Shown: piece by piece, positions 20,377 to 29,833 of the stretch | Layout of the letters: each line of letters opens with the position of its first letter | How positions within the stretch are numbered: position 1 is the first letter of the stretch | Virus record (IMG/VR): IMGVR_UViG_3300027747_002198 | Coordinates: 97,800-161,799 of that record | Source of the DNA: a virus | DNA length: 64,000 nucleotides | Reading direction: 5' to 3' (one strand) | Notes under the pieces: generated by a model | What the model was told of the DNA's origin: nothing | Seen by the model: the letters and a program-made list of their open reading frames with translations, nothing else | Database searches by the model: none | Translations under genes and position numbers: made by a program

Positions 20377-20628
20377 GTGATCGAAATCCAAGATAGAATT
20401 AGAGAAAAGTTTGGATTAGAAGCGGAAGTCGTTGAAGCAGCAAATGTACTATTTCTGAGAGTTCAAGGTTTGGATAACGTATCTCTTGCTGAATGGATTA
20501 GAATAGAATTCCATAACGTATATGTTAGTGTAAAAAATAGAAGAACATTTGAGTTTTCAGACGATGGATGGATTAAAATAGAAAAAAATGATAACAGTAG
20601 ATCAAATACAGAAGATACTGCCACATAA
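20377..20628 (+). CDS. hypothetical protein
   Basis: GTG start directly after the previous stop; AAGGA upstream. Confidence 0.55.
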   Translation: MIEIQDRIREKFGLEAEVVEAANVLFLRVQGLDNVSLAEWIRIEFHNVYVSVKNRRTFEFSDDGWIKIEKNDNSRSNTEDTAT

Positions 20629-21193
20629 TACATCACCAGATACTTTATGTTCGGTTTTAAATGGGATATTACCCAGGTATGAAATTAATACAAAAAATCG
20701 TATCGCTGGATTTTTGGGACAATGTGCTGTTGAGTCGGCTGAATTTACTAAATTTCAAGAAAACTTAAATTATAGTGCACAAAGTTTAATGAAAGTTTGG
20801 CCTAAGCAATTTCCTAATGTTGATATAGCAAATCAATACGGCCGCCAGCCAGAAAAAATTGCCAATCGAGCTTACGCAAATAGATATGGCAATCGTGATG
20901 AAGCAAGCGGTGATGGATGGTTATATCGTGGTCGTGGTGCTATACAAACAACTTTTCATGACAACTATAAAGTATTTGCAGTTTCTATTGGAATGCCATT
21001 GGACAAAACAGTTGCTTACTGTGAATCTTTATCTGGTGCGGTAGAATCTGCTTGTTTTTATTGGAAAATGCACAATATTAATCAAGCGTGTGATGCTGAT
21101 GATATTGACGACATGACACATAGAATTAATGCAGCTAAGCTAGATTTAGATAAAAGAAAAACATATTACGAAAAGGCTAAGTCGGTATTATGA
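20588..21193 (+). CDS. glycoside hydrolase family 19 endolysin
   Basis: RIAGFLGQCAVES, ENLNYS, IANRAYANRYGN, GDGWLYRGRGAIQTT, THRIN. Confidence 0.9.
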   Translation: MITVDQIQKILPHNTSPDTLCSVLNGILPRYEINTKNRIAGFLGQCAVESAEFTKFQENLNYSAQSLMKVWPKQFPNVDIANQYGRQPEKIANRAYANRYGNRDEASGDGWLYRGRGAIQTTFHDNYKVFAVSIGMPLDKTVAYCESLSGAVESACFYWKMHNINQACDADDIDDMTHRINAAKLDLDKRKTYYEKAKSVL

Positions 21194-21795
21194 TGGGGAT
21201 ATTACTTTGGTTGTTTAATTACATACCGACATTCATTATATACATGATGTTTGCATTAGGTATCGTGCTTTATCTTTTTTCCGAATCGTTTACAATTCGT
21301 ATTGTCCAATTTATTCCAACAAGTGTTCTAACACCAGCATTAATTAGAATAATTGGTATTGTGGTAATGGGTATAAGCATATTTTTATTAGGCGTATCTT
21401 TTAGTGATACAGAATTTAAAAAAGAAATTGATAAAAAAAATGCTGAAATTGCAAAAATAAATGATGAGGCAAAAAACATTTCGGCACAGATAACAACCAA
21501 GTACATTTATAGAGATAAGATTATTAAGGAGAAGGGTGATGAAATCATTAAGTATGTCAGCACTAAAAATGATGCTGATTGTAACCTGCACAACTCTACT
21601 ATTGAGTTGCTCAACGCTGCCGCAAAAAACAACCTTCCCAATCCCACCAGAGCAATTGATGAAACCGGCTCCGGAGTTAACCTTAGTGCCGTTGAAGGAA
21701 CAGTCATCGAAAACTACAACAAATACCACGAAGTAAAGAATCGATTAGATTTATTGCAAGAGTGGGTGCAAGAACAACAAAAGAATAATAAATGA
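21190..21795 (+). CDS. Rz-like inner-membrane spanin
   Basis: N-terminal TM segments then coiled coil with a Cys; follows the endolysin; contains an embedded lipoprotein gene. Confidence 0.7.
   Translation: MMGILLWLFNYIPTFIIYMMFALGIVLYLFSESFTIRIVQFIPTSVLTPALIRIIGIVVMGISIFLLGVSFSDTEFKKEIDKKNAEIAKINDEAKNISAQITTKYIYRDKIIKEKGDEIIKYVSTKNDADCNLHNSTIELLNAAAKNNLPNPTRAIDETGSGVNLSAVEGTVIENYNKYHEVKNRLDLLQEWVQEQQKNNK
21539..21736 (+). CDS. Rz1-like outer-membrane lipoprotein spanin embedded in Rz
   Basis: AAGGAG RBS 7 nt upstream; lipobox LLLSC; Pro-rich mature part (FPIPPEQLMKPAP); +1 frame inside 21190..21795. Confidence 0.75.
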   Translation: MKSLSMSALKMMLIVTCTTLLLSCSTLPQKTTFPIPPEQLMKPAPELTLVPLKEQSSKTTTNTTK

Positions 21796-22040
21796 ATCAA
21801 ATATTAAAAGACTTGTTGACTGGCAAAGACGGCAAAACCCACGACATTGCTCGATGGTCTTGGATGATTTCTATGCTTGCAATTCTTGTTGGCGCAGGTT
21901 ACGAATTAGCACATTCAGCTACCGTAAGTTTAAGGGAGTTTGCAGAATCAATAGGTATTATTGCCGGTGCTCATGGTGCAGCCGTAATGTTAAAAAAAGA
22001 TGCTGAACCCCAAGCAGAAGAAGATACAACAAATAAATAA
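21792..22040 (+). CDS. putative holin
   Basis: 82 aa, two hydrophobic segments and a charged C-terminus; lysis cassette context. Confidence 0.5.
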   Translation: MNQILKDLLTGKDGKTHDIARWSWMISMLAILVGAGYELAHSATVSLREFAESIGIIAGAHGAAVMLKKDAEPQAEEDTTNK

Positions 22041-22049
22041 GAGAACGTT

Positions 22050-22466
22050 ATGGCAGACAATGTTATACAATTAAAAGTTGATGTGGAAGTATTAAAAACT
22101 CAAGTGACCACATTAACTTCCCTTTGTACAAAAATGGATACGGTTATTGAGAAACTTGTGGACCAACAAGAAAAATATACCGCACAAATTTACAAAGATA
22201 TGGAAAATCGTAGAATAGAAAAGAATGCCGAGATCAAAGAGATACACGACCGCATTGATACTGTTATAGATAAAGTTCAAATTACCGAATTGCGTATTAT
22301 GGATGAAATTAAACAGTTGCGAGCAGAATTAACCAAACGGCAAGAAAAAGATTCCGGCAAATTAGATAATATCTCTAGTAGAAACTGGATGATTGTTGGT
22401 GGTATTATTGTTATGGCATATATTATTAGTCATGCGGTACAAATCATAGATCACTTGACAAAGTAA
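22050..22466 (+). CDS. coiled-coil protein with C-terminal TM (holin/antiholin-like)
   Basis: Heptad pattern plus WMIVGGIIVMAYII. Confidence 0.55.
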   Translation: MADNVIQLKVDVEVLKTQVTTLTSLCTKMDTVIEKLVDQQEKYTAQIYKDMENRRIEKNAEIKEIHDRIDTVIDKVQITELRIMDEIKQLRAELTKRQEKDSGKLDNISSRNWMIVGGIIVMAYIISHAVQIIDHLTK

Positions 22467-22483
22467 TAATATTGTAGTATTAT
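22455..22483 (+). promoter_or_regulatory. sigma70-type promoter for primase
   Basis: TTGACA-N17-TATTAT. Confidence 0.65.
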
Positions 22484-22491
22484 TGTACATT

Positions 22492-23502
22492 ATGAGCATA
22501 TACATTGATAGAGCATTTTTGCTTCGGGTTTCCCCGAAGCTTTTACGATTCACACAGAAAAAGGAAGACCTTTATAACTTCCGGTGTCCTCTGTGTGGAG
22601 ATTCTCAAAAAAATAAAACTAAGGCCCGAGGATTTGTTTTTCGTAAGAAAGACGATTACTTCTACATGTGCCACAATTGTGGAGTATCCACCACTTTTTA
22701 TAATTTCTTAGATAAAGTTGATCCTTCATTAACTAAACAATATGCTTTGGAAAGATATAAAAATGGGACACAAAACAATAACACCAAAACGCCTGAATTT
22801 GAACAAGCAAAAACGGAAAAACCAATCTTTCGTAAAAAATTATCATTGGAATCAATTGACTCGTTACCAGAAGAACATTTTGCTAAGGCATATGTTCAAT
22901 CGAGAAAAATTCCCAAAGATTTCCATTCGCAACTATACTTTGCGCCAGATTTCCGTAAATTCATTCAAGAACTTAATGTCGAACAAGAAGGCCTTAAAGA
23001 AAATGACCAAAGGCTCGTTATTCCATTCTATGATACGGACAAAAACCTCATTGCGGTTCAAGGTAGGGCTCTCGGTGAGTCCAAACTCCGTTATATCACA
23101 ATCAAGATTAACGAAGATGTTTCCAAAGTCTATGGACTCGATAGGATAGATCAGGAGAAGATGATCTATGTGGTGGAAGGTCCTATTGACAGCATGTTTC
23201 TAGACAATGCTGTAGCCACTGCGGATTCTAACTTGGAATCAATCATAAGTACATTTAACAAATCTAAAATTACTTTGGTGTTTGATAACGAGCCAAGAAA
23301 TAAAGAAATTGTTAAGAAAATAGAGCACGCCATTGACAATCATTTTAATGTTGTTGTTTGGCCAGAATTTCTTGAAGAAAAAGATATCAATGATATGATC
23401 CTGTCGGGTTTTTCATTGGATGAAATTCGAGATATTATAGATAAAAATACCTTTCTCAATTTGAGAGCAAAAATGGAATTCATTAAGTGGAAAAAGATAT
23501 AA
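22492..23502 (+). CDS. gp61: DNA primase (T4 gp61-like)
   Basis: NFRCPLCGDS..CHNCG zinc finger; QGRAL; VVEGPIDSMF; DNEPRN; KDINDM TOPRIM motifs. Confidence 0.95.
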   Translation: MSIYIDRAFLLRVSPKLLRFTQKKEDLYNFRCPLCGDSQKNKTKARGFVFRKKDDYFYMCHNCGVSTTFYNFLDKVDPSLTKQYALERYKNGTQNNNTKTPEFEQAKTEKPIFRKKLSLESIDSLPEEHFAKAYVQSRKIPKDFHSQLYFAPDFRKFIQELNVEQEGLKENDQRLVIPFYDTDKNLIAVQGRALGESKLRYITIKINEDVSKVYGLDRIDQEKMIYVVEGPIDSMFLDNAVATADSNLESIISTFNKSKITLVFDNEPRNKEIVKKIEHAIDNHFNVVVWPEFLEEKDINDMILSGFSLDEIRDIIDKNTFLNLRAKMEFIKWKKI

Positions 23503-23957
23503 TTGGGTGGATAAAACGAATTTCCGAAAAGCATGATGAACTTGGTGGATTTGCTATTTGTCCTTTTGCAAGAAAGGCACTCAAAGAGAAAAAAATATTT
23601 TGGTCATTCATAGGTTATGAGCCCTCAGCTTACATAAGTAGGTATATGGAGATGATGAATGAAGATTATGAGGTGGTGCTATTTTATAATCTGAAAAAAA
23701 ACTTAACCGATCAGGACTGCATTGAATTAATCAATAAACTCAATAACAAATTCCCCAATATAGTATTTTTAAAAGACCATCCTGATAATCCCGGATTTAT
23801 CAATGGCATTAACACCAGCAATGGTGAATATCCGGTAATTATTGCTCAACCAAAAGGAAAATTAATTGATGCTAGGCTTGCTTTAGAGAAAACAAAGTAT
23901 TATGATGTATGGAGTGATGAATATAAAAAAGAAATTTTGGGTTACGGCCAATCATAA
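23487..23957 (+). CDS. hypothetical protein (DUF1415-like)
   Basis: ICPFAR and DHP motifs. Confidence 0.5.
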   Translation: MEKDIIGWIKRISEKHDELGGFAICPFARKALKEKKIFWSFIGYEPSAYISRYMEMMNEDYEVVLFYNLKKNLTDQDCIELINKLNNKFPNIVFLKDHPDNPGFINGINTSNGEYPVIIAQPKGKLIDARLALEKTKYYDVWSDEYKKEILGYGQS

Positions 23958-23985
23958 GTTTGTAAATCGGAAAATATAAAATAAA

Positions 23986-24603
23986 ATGTTTTATGAAGAA
24001 AATAATTTTTTTTCGGAAGAAGAACGTATTGAAATAAAAAAAAGAGTATTAGAATTAAAAGAACATTGGGAAGTAGTTGGACCTGATTTTTTTACTCTAG
24101 GAGAATCAATATATTTACTGGAACAAAAAATACCAACTAAAATAAATGAAACGACTAAGAAAATTGTAATTGATAATTTTGGATGGATAATTGAAAGGAT
24201 ATGTAAAAATATAGAAAAAATAACGAGCATTAAAACAATTATCCATCCAAAATTACCATCTCCAGGATTTCATATAAGTAAATTACCGTTTGAGTTTAAA
24301 ACTAGAAGATTTCACCAAGATTCATCTATACTAAAGTTTGATAAATCAATTGATTTCAATACAGTACATTCGGTGTTATTATTAATAGAAAAACCTAGTT
24401 ATGGGGCTTGGTTGGATTATAGATTTGAAAACAAAGATGAGGTACAAAAATATTATTATGAATATGGAAAATTTATTAGTTGGAAAAGTGATCTGTATCA
24501 TAAGATAGGTAATTTAAAATGTTTACCTGAAGAACACAGGATAACATTACAATGTCATTACGGTTATAGTAGTGATATGAAAAAGAATTTAGTTTATTTT
24601 TAA
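23986..24603 (+). CDS. putative 2OG-Fe(II) oxygenase
   Basis: FHQD...YHKIG...RITLQCH (HxD..H..R). Confidence 0.55.
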   Translation: MFYEENNFFSEEERIEIKKRVLELKEHWEVVGPDFFTLGESIYLLEQKIPTKINETTKKIVIDNFGWIIERICKNIEKITSIKTIIHPKLPSPGFHISKLPFEFKTRRFHQDSSILKFDKSIDFNTVHSVLLLIEKPSYGAWLDYRFENKDEVQKYYYEYGKFISWKSDLYHKIGNLKCLPEEHRITLQCHYGYSSDMKKNLVYF

Positions 24604-24635
24604 TAATATACAATAATAAAAAAGGCAAAGCTCGT

Positions 24636-26423
24636 ATGGAATATCTAGGTATCAATATAGATTTAGAAAGAGATAAACTGTTTGATGAATTGGGCATCAG
24701 ACGATTAAAAGAAAGTTACATGAAAGAAAATGAAGAAAGTCCACAACACAGATTTGCATACGTCAGCAAAACGTTCAGTTCCAACCCAGAGCATGCCCAA
24801 CGATTATATGATTATAGCTCTAAACATTGGTTATCTTATAGCACTCCCATTCTTAGTTTTGGTCGTTCTAAGCGTGGGATGCCTATATCGTGTTTCCTTA
24901 ATTATATCGAAGATACTGCGGAGGGATTAGTTGATAACTTATCAGAAACTAACTGGCTCTCTATGCTTGGCGGTGGTGTTGGTATTGGTTTTGGTATTCG
25001 GTCTGCCGATGATAAGTCTACTGGCGTTATGCCGCATCTTAAAATTTATGATGCAAGTTCTCTTGCTTATCGCCAAGGTCGCACTCGCCGTGGCAGTTAC
25101 GCCGCTTATCTTAATATTTCTCATCCTGATATCATTGCGTTCCTAGAAATAAGAAAACCAACGGGTGATCCCAATCAGCGGTGTTTAAATCTACATCACG
25201 GTATCAACATTACAGATGACTTTATGGAAATCATTGAAAAGGCTATGTTGGATCCCGAAGTTGATGACTCTTGGACATTAAAAGATCCACACACAGGAGA
25301 AATTCGTGAAGTTGTGTCGGCTAAACACCTGTGGCAACAAATTTTAGAATTGCGTATGCACACCGGCGAACCATATATTCACTATATCGATACAAGTAAC
25401 CGAGAATTACCACAATGGCTGAAGGACAAAGGATTGAAGGTACACCAATCAAATCTTTGTTCTGAAATTATATTACCAACAAATGAACAACGCACAGCAG
25501 TATGTTGTTTATCTTCTTTGAATTTGGAGACCTATGATGAATGGAAAGACAACAAACTTTTTCTTAAAGACGTTGCTGAGATGCTTGATAACGTGCTTAA
25601 CTACTTTATTGATAACGCTCCTGATAGTATCAGTCGTGCTAGATATTCCGCTGAGCGAGAGCGCTCCATTGGCATTGGTGCTCTCGGCTTTCATGCTTAT
25701 CTACAGCGTAACGGAATTGCTTTTGAAGGAGTTATGGCCAAAGTTGCTAACAACAAAATCTTCAAATCAATCAGACGTGGGTTAGATGAAGCAAATCTTG
25801 AATTGGGTAAAGAACGTGGTGAAGCTCCTGATGCTATTGGTACTGGCCGCAGGTTCAGTCATGTTATGGCCATTGCTCCTAATGCCTCATCTTCCATCAT
25901 TATGGGTAATACCAGTCCATCTATTGAGCCCTATCGTGCTAATGCTTATCGTCAAGATACTTTATCGGGATCATTCTTAAATAAGAATCGTTGGCTCGAC
26001 AAAATAATTAAGGAGAAAACAAATGGTAGTGAACAAGATTACGCTGATGCTTGGTCTAGCATTATTGCTAATGATGGTAGCTGTCAGCACCTTGATATAC
26101 TCTCTGAAGCAGAACGTGATGTTTTCAAAACCTCAATGGAAATCGATCAAAGATGGGTTATTGAATTGGCTGGCGACCGTCAAGCATATATTGACCAAGC
26201 ACAATCATTAAACCTATTTTTTAGACCAGATGCACATATTAAGTATATTCATGCTATTCATTTCATGGCATGGAAAAAAGGATTGAAAACTTTATACTAT
26301 TGCCGTTCAGAGAAGATTGGCAAAGCAGATAAAGTTTCAAAACGTATTGAAAGACAAGTTATTAAGGAGTTAGACATGGAACAAATTGCGCAAGGCAACG
26401 ACTGTATTGCTTGTGAGGGATAA
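24636..26423 (+). CDS. nrdA: ribonucleotide reductase class I alpha subunit (no ATP cone)
   Basis: PISCF, GGGVG, QGRTRRGSYA, SNLCSEI, VCCLSS, IAPNASSS, KTLYY, C-terminal CIACEG. Confidence 0.97.
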   Translation: MEYLGINIDLERDKLFDELGIRRLKESYMKENEESPQHRFAYVSKTFSSNPEHAQRLYDYSSKHWLSYSTPILSFGRSKRGMPISCFLNYIEDTAEGLVDNLSETNWLSMLGGGVGIGFGIRSADDKSTGVMPHLKIYDASSLAYRQGRTRRGSYAAYLNISHPDIIAFLEIRKPTGDPNQRCLNLHHGINITDDFMEIIEKAMLDPEVDDSWTLKDPHTGEIREVVSAKHLWQQILELRMHTGEPYIHYIDTSNRELPQWLKDKGLKVHQSNLCSEIILPTNEQRTAVCCLSSLNLETYDEWKDNKLFLKDVAEMLDNVLNYFIDNAPDSISRARYSAERERSIGIGALGFHAYLQRNGIAFEGVMAKVANNKIFKSIRRGLDEANLELGKERGEAPDAIGTGRRFSHVMAIAPNASSSIIMGNTSPSIEPYRANAYRQDTLSGSFLNKNRWLDKIIKEKTNGSEQDYADAWSSIIANDGSCQHLDILSEAERDVFKTSMEIDQRWVIELAGDRQAYIDQAQSLNLFFRPDAHIKYIHAIHFMAWKKGLKTLYYCRSEKIGKADKVSKRIERQVIKELDMEQIAQGNDCIACEG

Positions 26424-26425
26424 AA

Positions 26426-27004
26426 ATGTCAAAATATTTGTTTGTACACATACCAAAAACGGGCGGAACTTCCGTCCGTGAAACACTCTTTACTATCGAG
26501 AAAGATAATTGGAAAAGAACATTTTCTTTACTTTATCACGATCCCATTTCTTTATTGCGGGAAAACAATTTTATAGATGATGATTGTTTTGTTTTTACCG
26601 TAGTTAGAAATCCTTTTACAAGAGCTTTTAGTTTGTATCAATATCATAAAATAATAGTCATGAATTTTAGTGTAGATAAAAGTGCAGTCGATTCTTGGAC
26701 ATTTGAATATTTTTTGGAATGTATAAAAACTAATAAAAATATATTTTTTACACCAACATTGAAATCTACACAATCTTATTTTGTGCGTGATAATAATAAT
26801 AATATTGATGTTAATAAAGTATATAAACTTGAAAATTTGCAAGAACTTTCAAATGATCTTAATGTGCCTATACTAAAACTTAATAAAGGAAATTACACTC
26901 AGTCTGATTATATTAATGCTTATAATGATAAAACAATATCCTTAGTTCAAGAAATATATGCAGAAGATTTTATAAATTTTAACTATTCAACTAACTTTTC
27001 ATAA
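26426..27004 (+). CDS. sulfotransferase family 2 protein
   Basis: FVHIPKTGGTS (5'-PSB), VVRNPFTRAFSLY (3'-PB), YAEDF. Confidence 0.85.
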   Translation: MSKYLFVHIPKTGGTSVRETLFTIEKDNWKRTFSLLYHDPISLLRENNFIDDDCFVFTVVRNPFTRAFSLYQYHKIIVMNFSVDKSAVDSWTFEYFLECIKTNKNIFFTPTLKSTQSYFVRDNNNNIDVNKVYKLENLQELSNDLNVPILKLNKGNYTQSDYINAYNDKTISLVQEIYAEDFINFNYSTNFS

Positions 27005-27009
27005 AAACA

Positions 27010-27996
27010 ATGATTAAAAAACACGATACACAACTAACATCCGAACGGTCATATTTCAAACCATTCAATTATGCTTGGGCATACGATGCTTGGTTAAAAC
27101 ACGAACAATCACATTGGTTACACACAGAAGTTCCAATGCTAGATGATGTTAAAGATTGGAAAAAGAAACTTACAAAAGAAGAAAAACAATTTTTAACACA
27201 CATCTTCCGATTCTTCACACAAGGAGATATTGATGTCGCCGGTGGTTATGTCAAGAATTATCTTCCTTATTTTCCACAACCAGAAATTCGTATGATGCTC
27301 TTGGGTTTTGCGGCAAGAGAAGCACTACATATTGCTGCTTATTCTCATCTTATTGAAACCTTAGGTCTTCCAGACACCACATACAATGAGTTTATGGAAT
27401 ATGCCGAAATGAAAGAAAAACATGACTACGTTATGGACATCTCTGCTAAAAATACTACAAAAGAGAATACTGCAACTCATATTGCTGTATTCTCGGCATT
27501 TACCGAAGGTATGCAGTTGTTTAGCTCTTTTATTATGTTACTTAATTTTCCACGACATGGCAAAATGAAAGGTATGGGGCAAATTGTTACTTGGTCTATT
27601 GTTGATGAAACGCAACATACGGAAAACATGGTAAAATTGTTCAGAACATATATACAAGAAAATAATGAAATTTGGAACGATGAATTAAAAAGTAAACTTT
27701 ACACCATTGCAGAACGGATGGTAGAATTAGAAGATAAATTCATTGACCTAGCATTTAAGATGGGTGCGATGGAAGATTTATCTGCCGAAGATGTTAAGAA
27801 GTATATTCGTTATATTGCAGACCGCCGTCTAATCTCATTGGGATTAAAAGGTGTGTTTAAAGTGAAAAGAAATCCTCTACCGTGGGTAGAAGAAATGATT
27901 AACGCACCAACACACACCAATTTCTTTGAGAACAGAGCAACCGATTATGCAAAAGGTGCTTTATCGGGAGATTGGGGTGATGTATGGGCCAAATAA
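27010..27996 (+). CDS. nrdB: ribonucleotide reductase class I beta subunit
   Basis: FFTQGD, REALHIAAYS, TEGMQLFSSF, VDETQH, NFFENRATDY. Confidence 0.97.
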   Translation: MIKKHDTQLTSERSYFKPFNYAWAYDAWLKHEQSHWLHTEVPMLDDVKDWKKKLTKEEKQFLTHIFRFFTQGDIDVAGGYVKNYLPYFPQPEIRMMLLGFAAREALHIAAYSHLIETLGLPDTTYNEFMEYAEMKEKHDYVMDISAKNTTKENTATHIAVFSAFTEGMQLFSSFIMLLNFPRHGKMKGMGQIVTWSIVDETQHTENMVKLFRTYIQENNEIWNDELKSKLYTIAERMVELEDKFIDLAFKMGAMEDLSAEDVKKYIRYIADRRLISLGLKGVFKVKRNPLPWVEEMINAPTHTNFFENRATDYAKGALSGDWGDVWAK

Positions 27997-28005
27997 GGAA
28001 TACAA

Positions 28006-28191
28006 ATGACTCAAAAACAATTATCCGGCGATTGCACTAGTTGCGAATCAACTTATAGCATAGCATTTATGGAAGAAATGGTCTCACAAGAATTACCGGA
28101 ACATTGTCCGTTTTGTGGTTCTGAAATAGAAGAACTAACTGAAGAATATACCGAAGAAGAAGATGATTTAGATAATGGAGATTGGGACTAA
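28006..28191 (+). CDS. small zinc-ribbon protein
   Basis: CTSC..CPFC with acidic tail; AAGGA RBS. Confidence 0.7.
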   Translation: MTQKQLSGDCTSCESTYSIAFMEEMVSQELPEHCPFCGSEIEELTEEYTEEEDDLDNGDWD

Positions 28192-28701
28192 CTTACACTT
28201 ATCGTTGTGCCAACGACCGATGTTTCCTATTGTAGTAGTTATACCACAGTAACGACATTGTTTGTTTGGTACATTTAGGTGTTTCGAAGCTTCAGGTTTA
28301 CCAAACATAGGATTATTTTTTCCTAATTTGGTTAAACTTTTTTTTATATTACTTTCCGGTGAAAACACTGGTTTATGACCTTTTTTAAATGACCCGGAAT
28401 TGGTTCTCATTATTTTCATAGGATTAGTTTCACTATCAAAACCACAAGAACTTTTTCTACGGTTCATACATCTTGGTTTACCAAAATGTTCATCCAAGTA
28501 TTTTTGTTCCAAAACTTTGAGTGAATCAATGGAATCTGCGTATTCTATAATTTCTCTGGATAAATTGGATAGTTTTTTTATTTTCCTTACCCAAGTACCA
28601 GAACCCATATAACCATCATTTAGATTTATGGTAGAATGTCTACCATAATAGTAGTTTCCGTTGATGTGGGTTGTCTTATAAATGAAATGATAAATACTCA
28701 T
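28168..28701 (-). mobile_element. free-standing GIY-YIG/NUMOD3-type homing endonuclease gene
   Basis: FIYKTT..YYYGRHS..YMGSG; NUMOD3-like ESNIKKSLTKLGKNNPMFGK; CRYCG..RWHNDKCK; start at ATG 28701 after an AAAGGA RBS; inverted relative to neighbours. Confidence 0.85.
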
Positions 28702-28767
28702 GCTGACACGGTCCTTTCGTATTAGAGTATGTGCGGATGCCAGTCCGGCGACATACAACTATTTATA
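28702..28767 (-). promoter_or_regulatory. late promoter plus structured leader (copy A)
   Basis: TATAAATA at 28767-28760, then hairpin, TACTCTAA, SD hairpin, CAGC-ATG; matches the element at 43290. Confidence 0.75.
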
Positions 28768-28777
28768 AGAGAACAAT

Positions 28778-29044
28778 ATGGCAAAAACATTCAAACAATT
28801 TGTAGAAGCAATTAATAAAAATGATTTGTTAAAACAATTAGGTGCCAAGTTAAACGATCCTGAGTTTAGAAAACGGCCGGCGGATCCAAATAAACGCTGG
28901 GAGCGAGGAGACCTTTACAAAGGTCCTAGCAAAGACGATCCTTCCTATACTAAGAACTTTGGACACGGCTATCCCGATGTTGGTAGTAATCGTAGTCACA
29001 ACCGAGATGTTGAAAAAAGTTTGAAAAAGAAAAACAACAAGTAA
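28778..29044 (+). CDS. small internal-protein-like protein
   Basis: MAKTFKQFVEA N-terminus resembles the T4 capsid-targeting sequence. Confidence 0.65.
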   Translation: MAKTFKQFVEAINKNDLLKQLGAKLNDPEFRKRPADPNKRWERGDLYKGPSKDDPSYTKNFGHGYPDVGSNRSHNRDVEKSLKKKNNK

Positions 29045-29481
29045 TGTCTTGGCAACATAATGGAAATGATTTTACGGAAGATTTGATTGGTAATAATTAT
29101 GGATTCGTTTACTTAATTACTAATATAACGAATAACAAAAAATACATAGGTAAGAAATTCTTTTATTCTACCAAAACCAAACAAGTCAAAGGTAAAAAGA
29201 AACGATACAAAGCACCAAGCGATTGGCAAACTTACTATGGAAGTAGTGCCGAACTAGCTAAAGATGTGTTATCATTAGGTCATGAACAATTCACCCGTGA
29301 AATTTTACATCTCTGCCAGTCCAAAGGCGAATGTGGTTATCTCGAAGCAAAAGAGCAATTCATCCGTGGCGTCATGGAAACGGATGAATACTACAACAAT
29401 TGGATTATGGTACGAGTGAGAAAATCACACATCAAGGAATACAATGCTCGATTATCTCAAAAAGCTCAAGGACGATCCTGA
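29044..29481 (+). CDS. GIY-YIG nuclease (EndoII/Seg-like)
   Basis: GFVYLITN..KKYIGKK, WQTYYGSS, FTREIL, YYNNWI. Confidence 0.85.
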   Translation: MSWQHNGNDFTEDLIGNNYGFVYLITNITNNKKYIGKKFFYSTKTKQVKGKKKRYKAPSDWQTYYGSSAELAKDVLSLGHEQFTREILHLCQSKGECGYLEAKEQFIRGVMETDEYYNNWIMVRVRKSHIKEYNARLSQKAQGRS

Positions 29482-29797
29482 GGGTCCCTATGACGCAATC
29501 TTTTTTCTACCAGGCGACAAAGAAGGACAAATTCATATAGAGGCTTCATTACTTAAAGAACCGGGCGAACCTTTAGGTGGAAGTTCTATGGGACACACCT
29601 ATCAAGTAGTATTATTTAAAGATGATGCTGAACATGATAAATTATATAATGTTGACCGATTTGAGGCTATATTTTGCGATCCATACGAATACATCTCCAA
29701 TCTAATACCACAGAACTGGTTTGGTATAGTTGTGAGAAAGACTACCACTTCTGGTGACTTTGTACAACGTATATTTGACAAAATGCAAGAAGTGTGA
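29444..29797 (+). CDS. hypothetical protein
   Basis: AAGGA RBS; 117 aa. Confidence 0.65.
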   Translation: MLDYLKKLKDDPEGPYDAIFFLPGDKEGQIHIEASLLKEPGEPLGGSSMGHTYQVVLFKDDAEHDKLYNVDRFEAIFCDPYEYISNLIPQNWFGIVVRKTTTSGDFVQRIFDKMQEV

Positions 29798-29803
29798 TAC
29801 AAT
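29775..29803 (+). promoter_or_regulatory. sigma70-type promoter for rnh
   Basis: TTGACA-N17-TACAAT. Confidence 0.65.
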
Positions 29804-29833
29804 AGAATTTTGAAACTATTGAAAGTTTATATT

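Noticed and set aside
24636-27996. Intron or intein in nrdA/nrdB
   Set aside because: Both ORFs are continuous, compact and carry all expected motifs.
28702-28760. Endonuclease leader as a tRNA or a conserved pseudoknot
   Set aside because: There is no cloverleaf or TTCGA loop. The CTGGCA/TGTCAG pseudoknot pairing possible in copy A is not possible in copy B.
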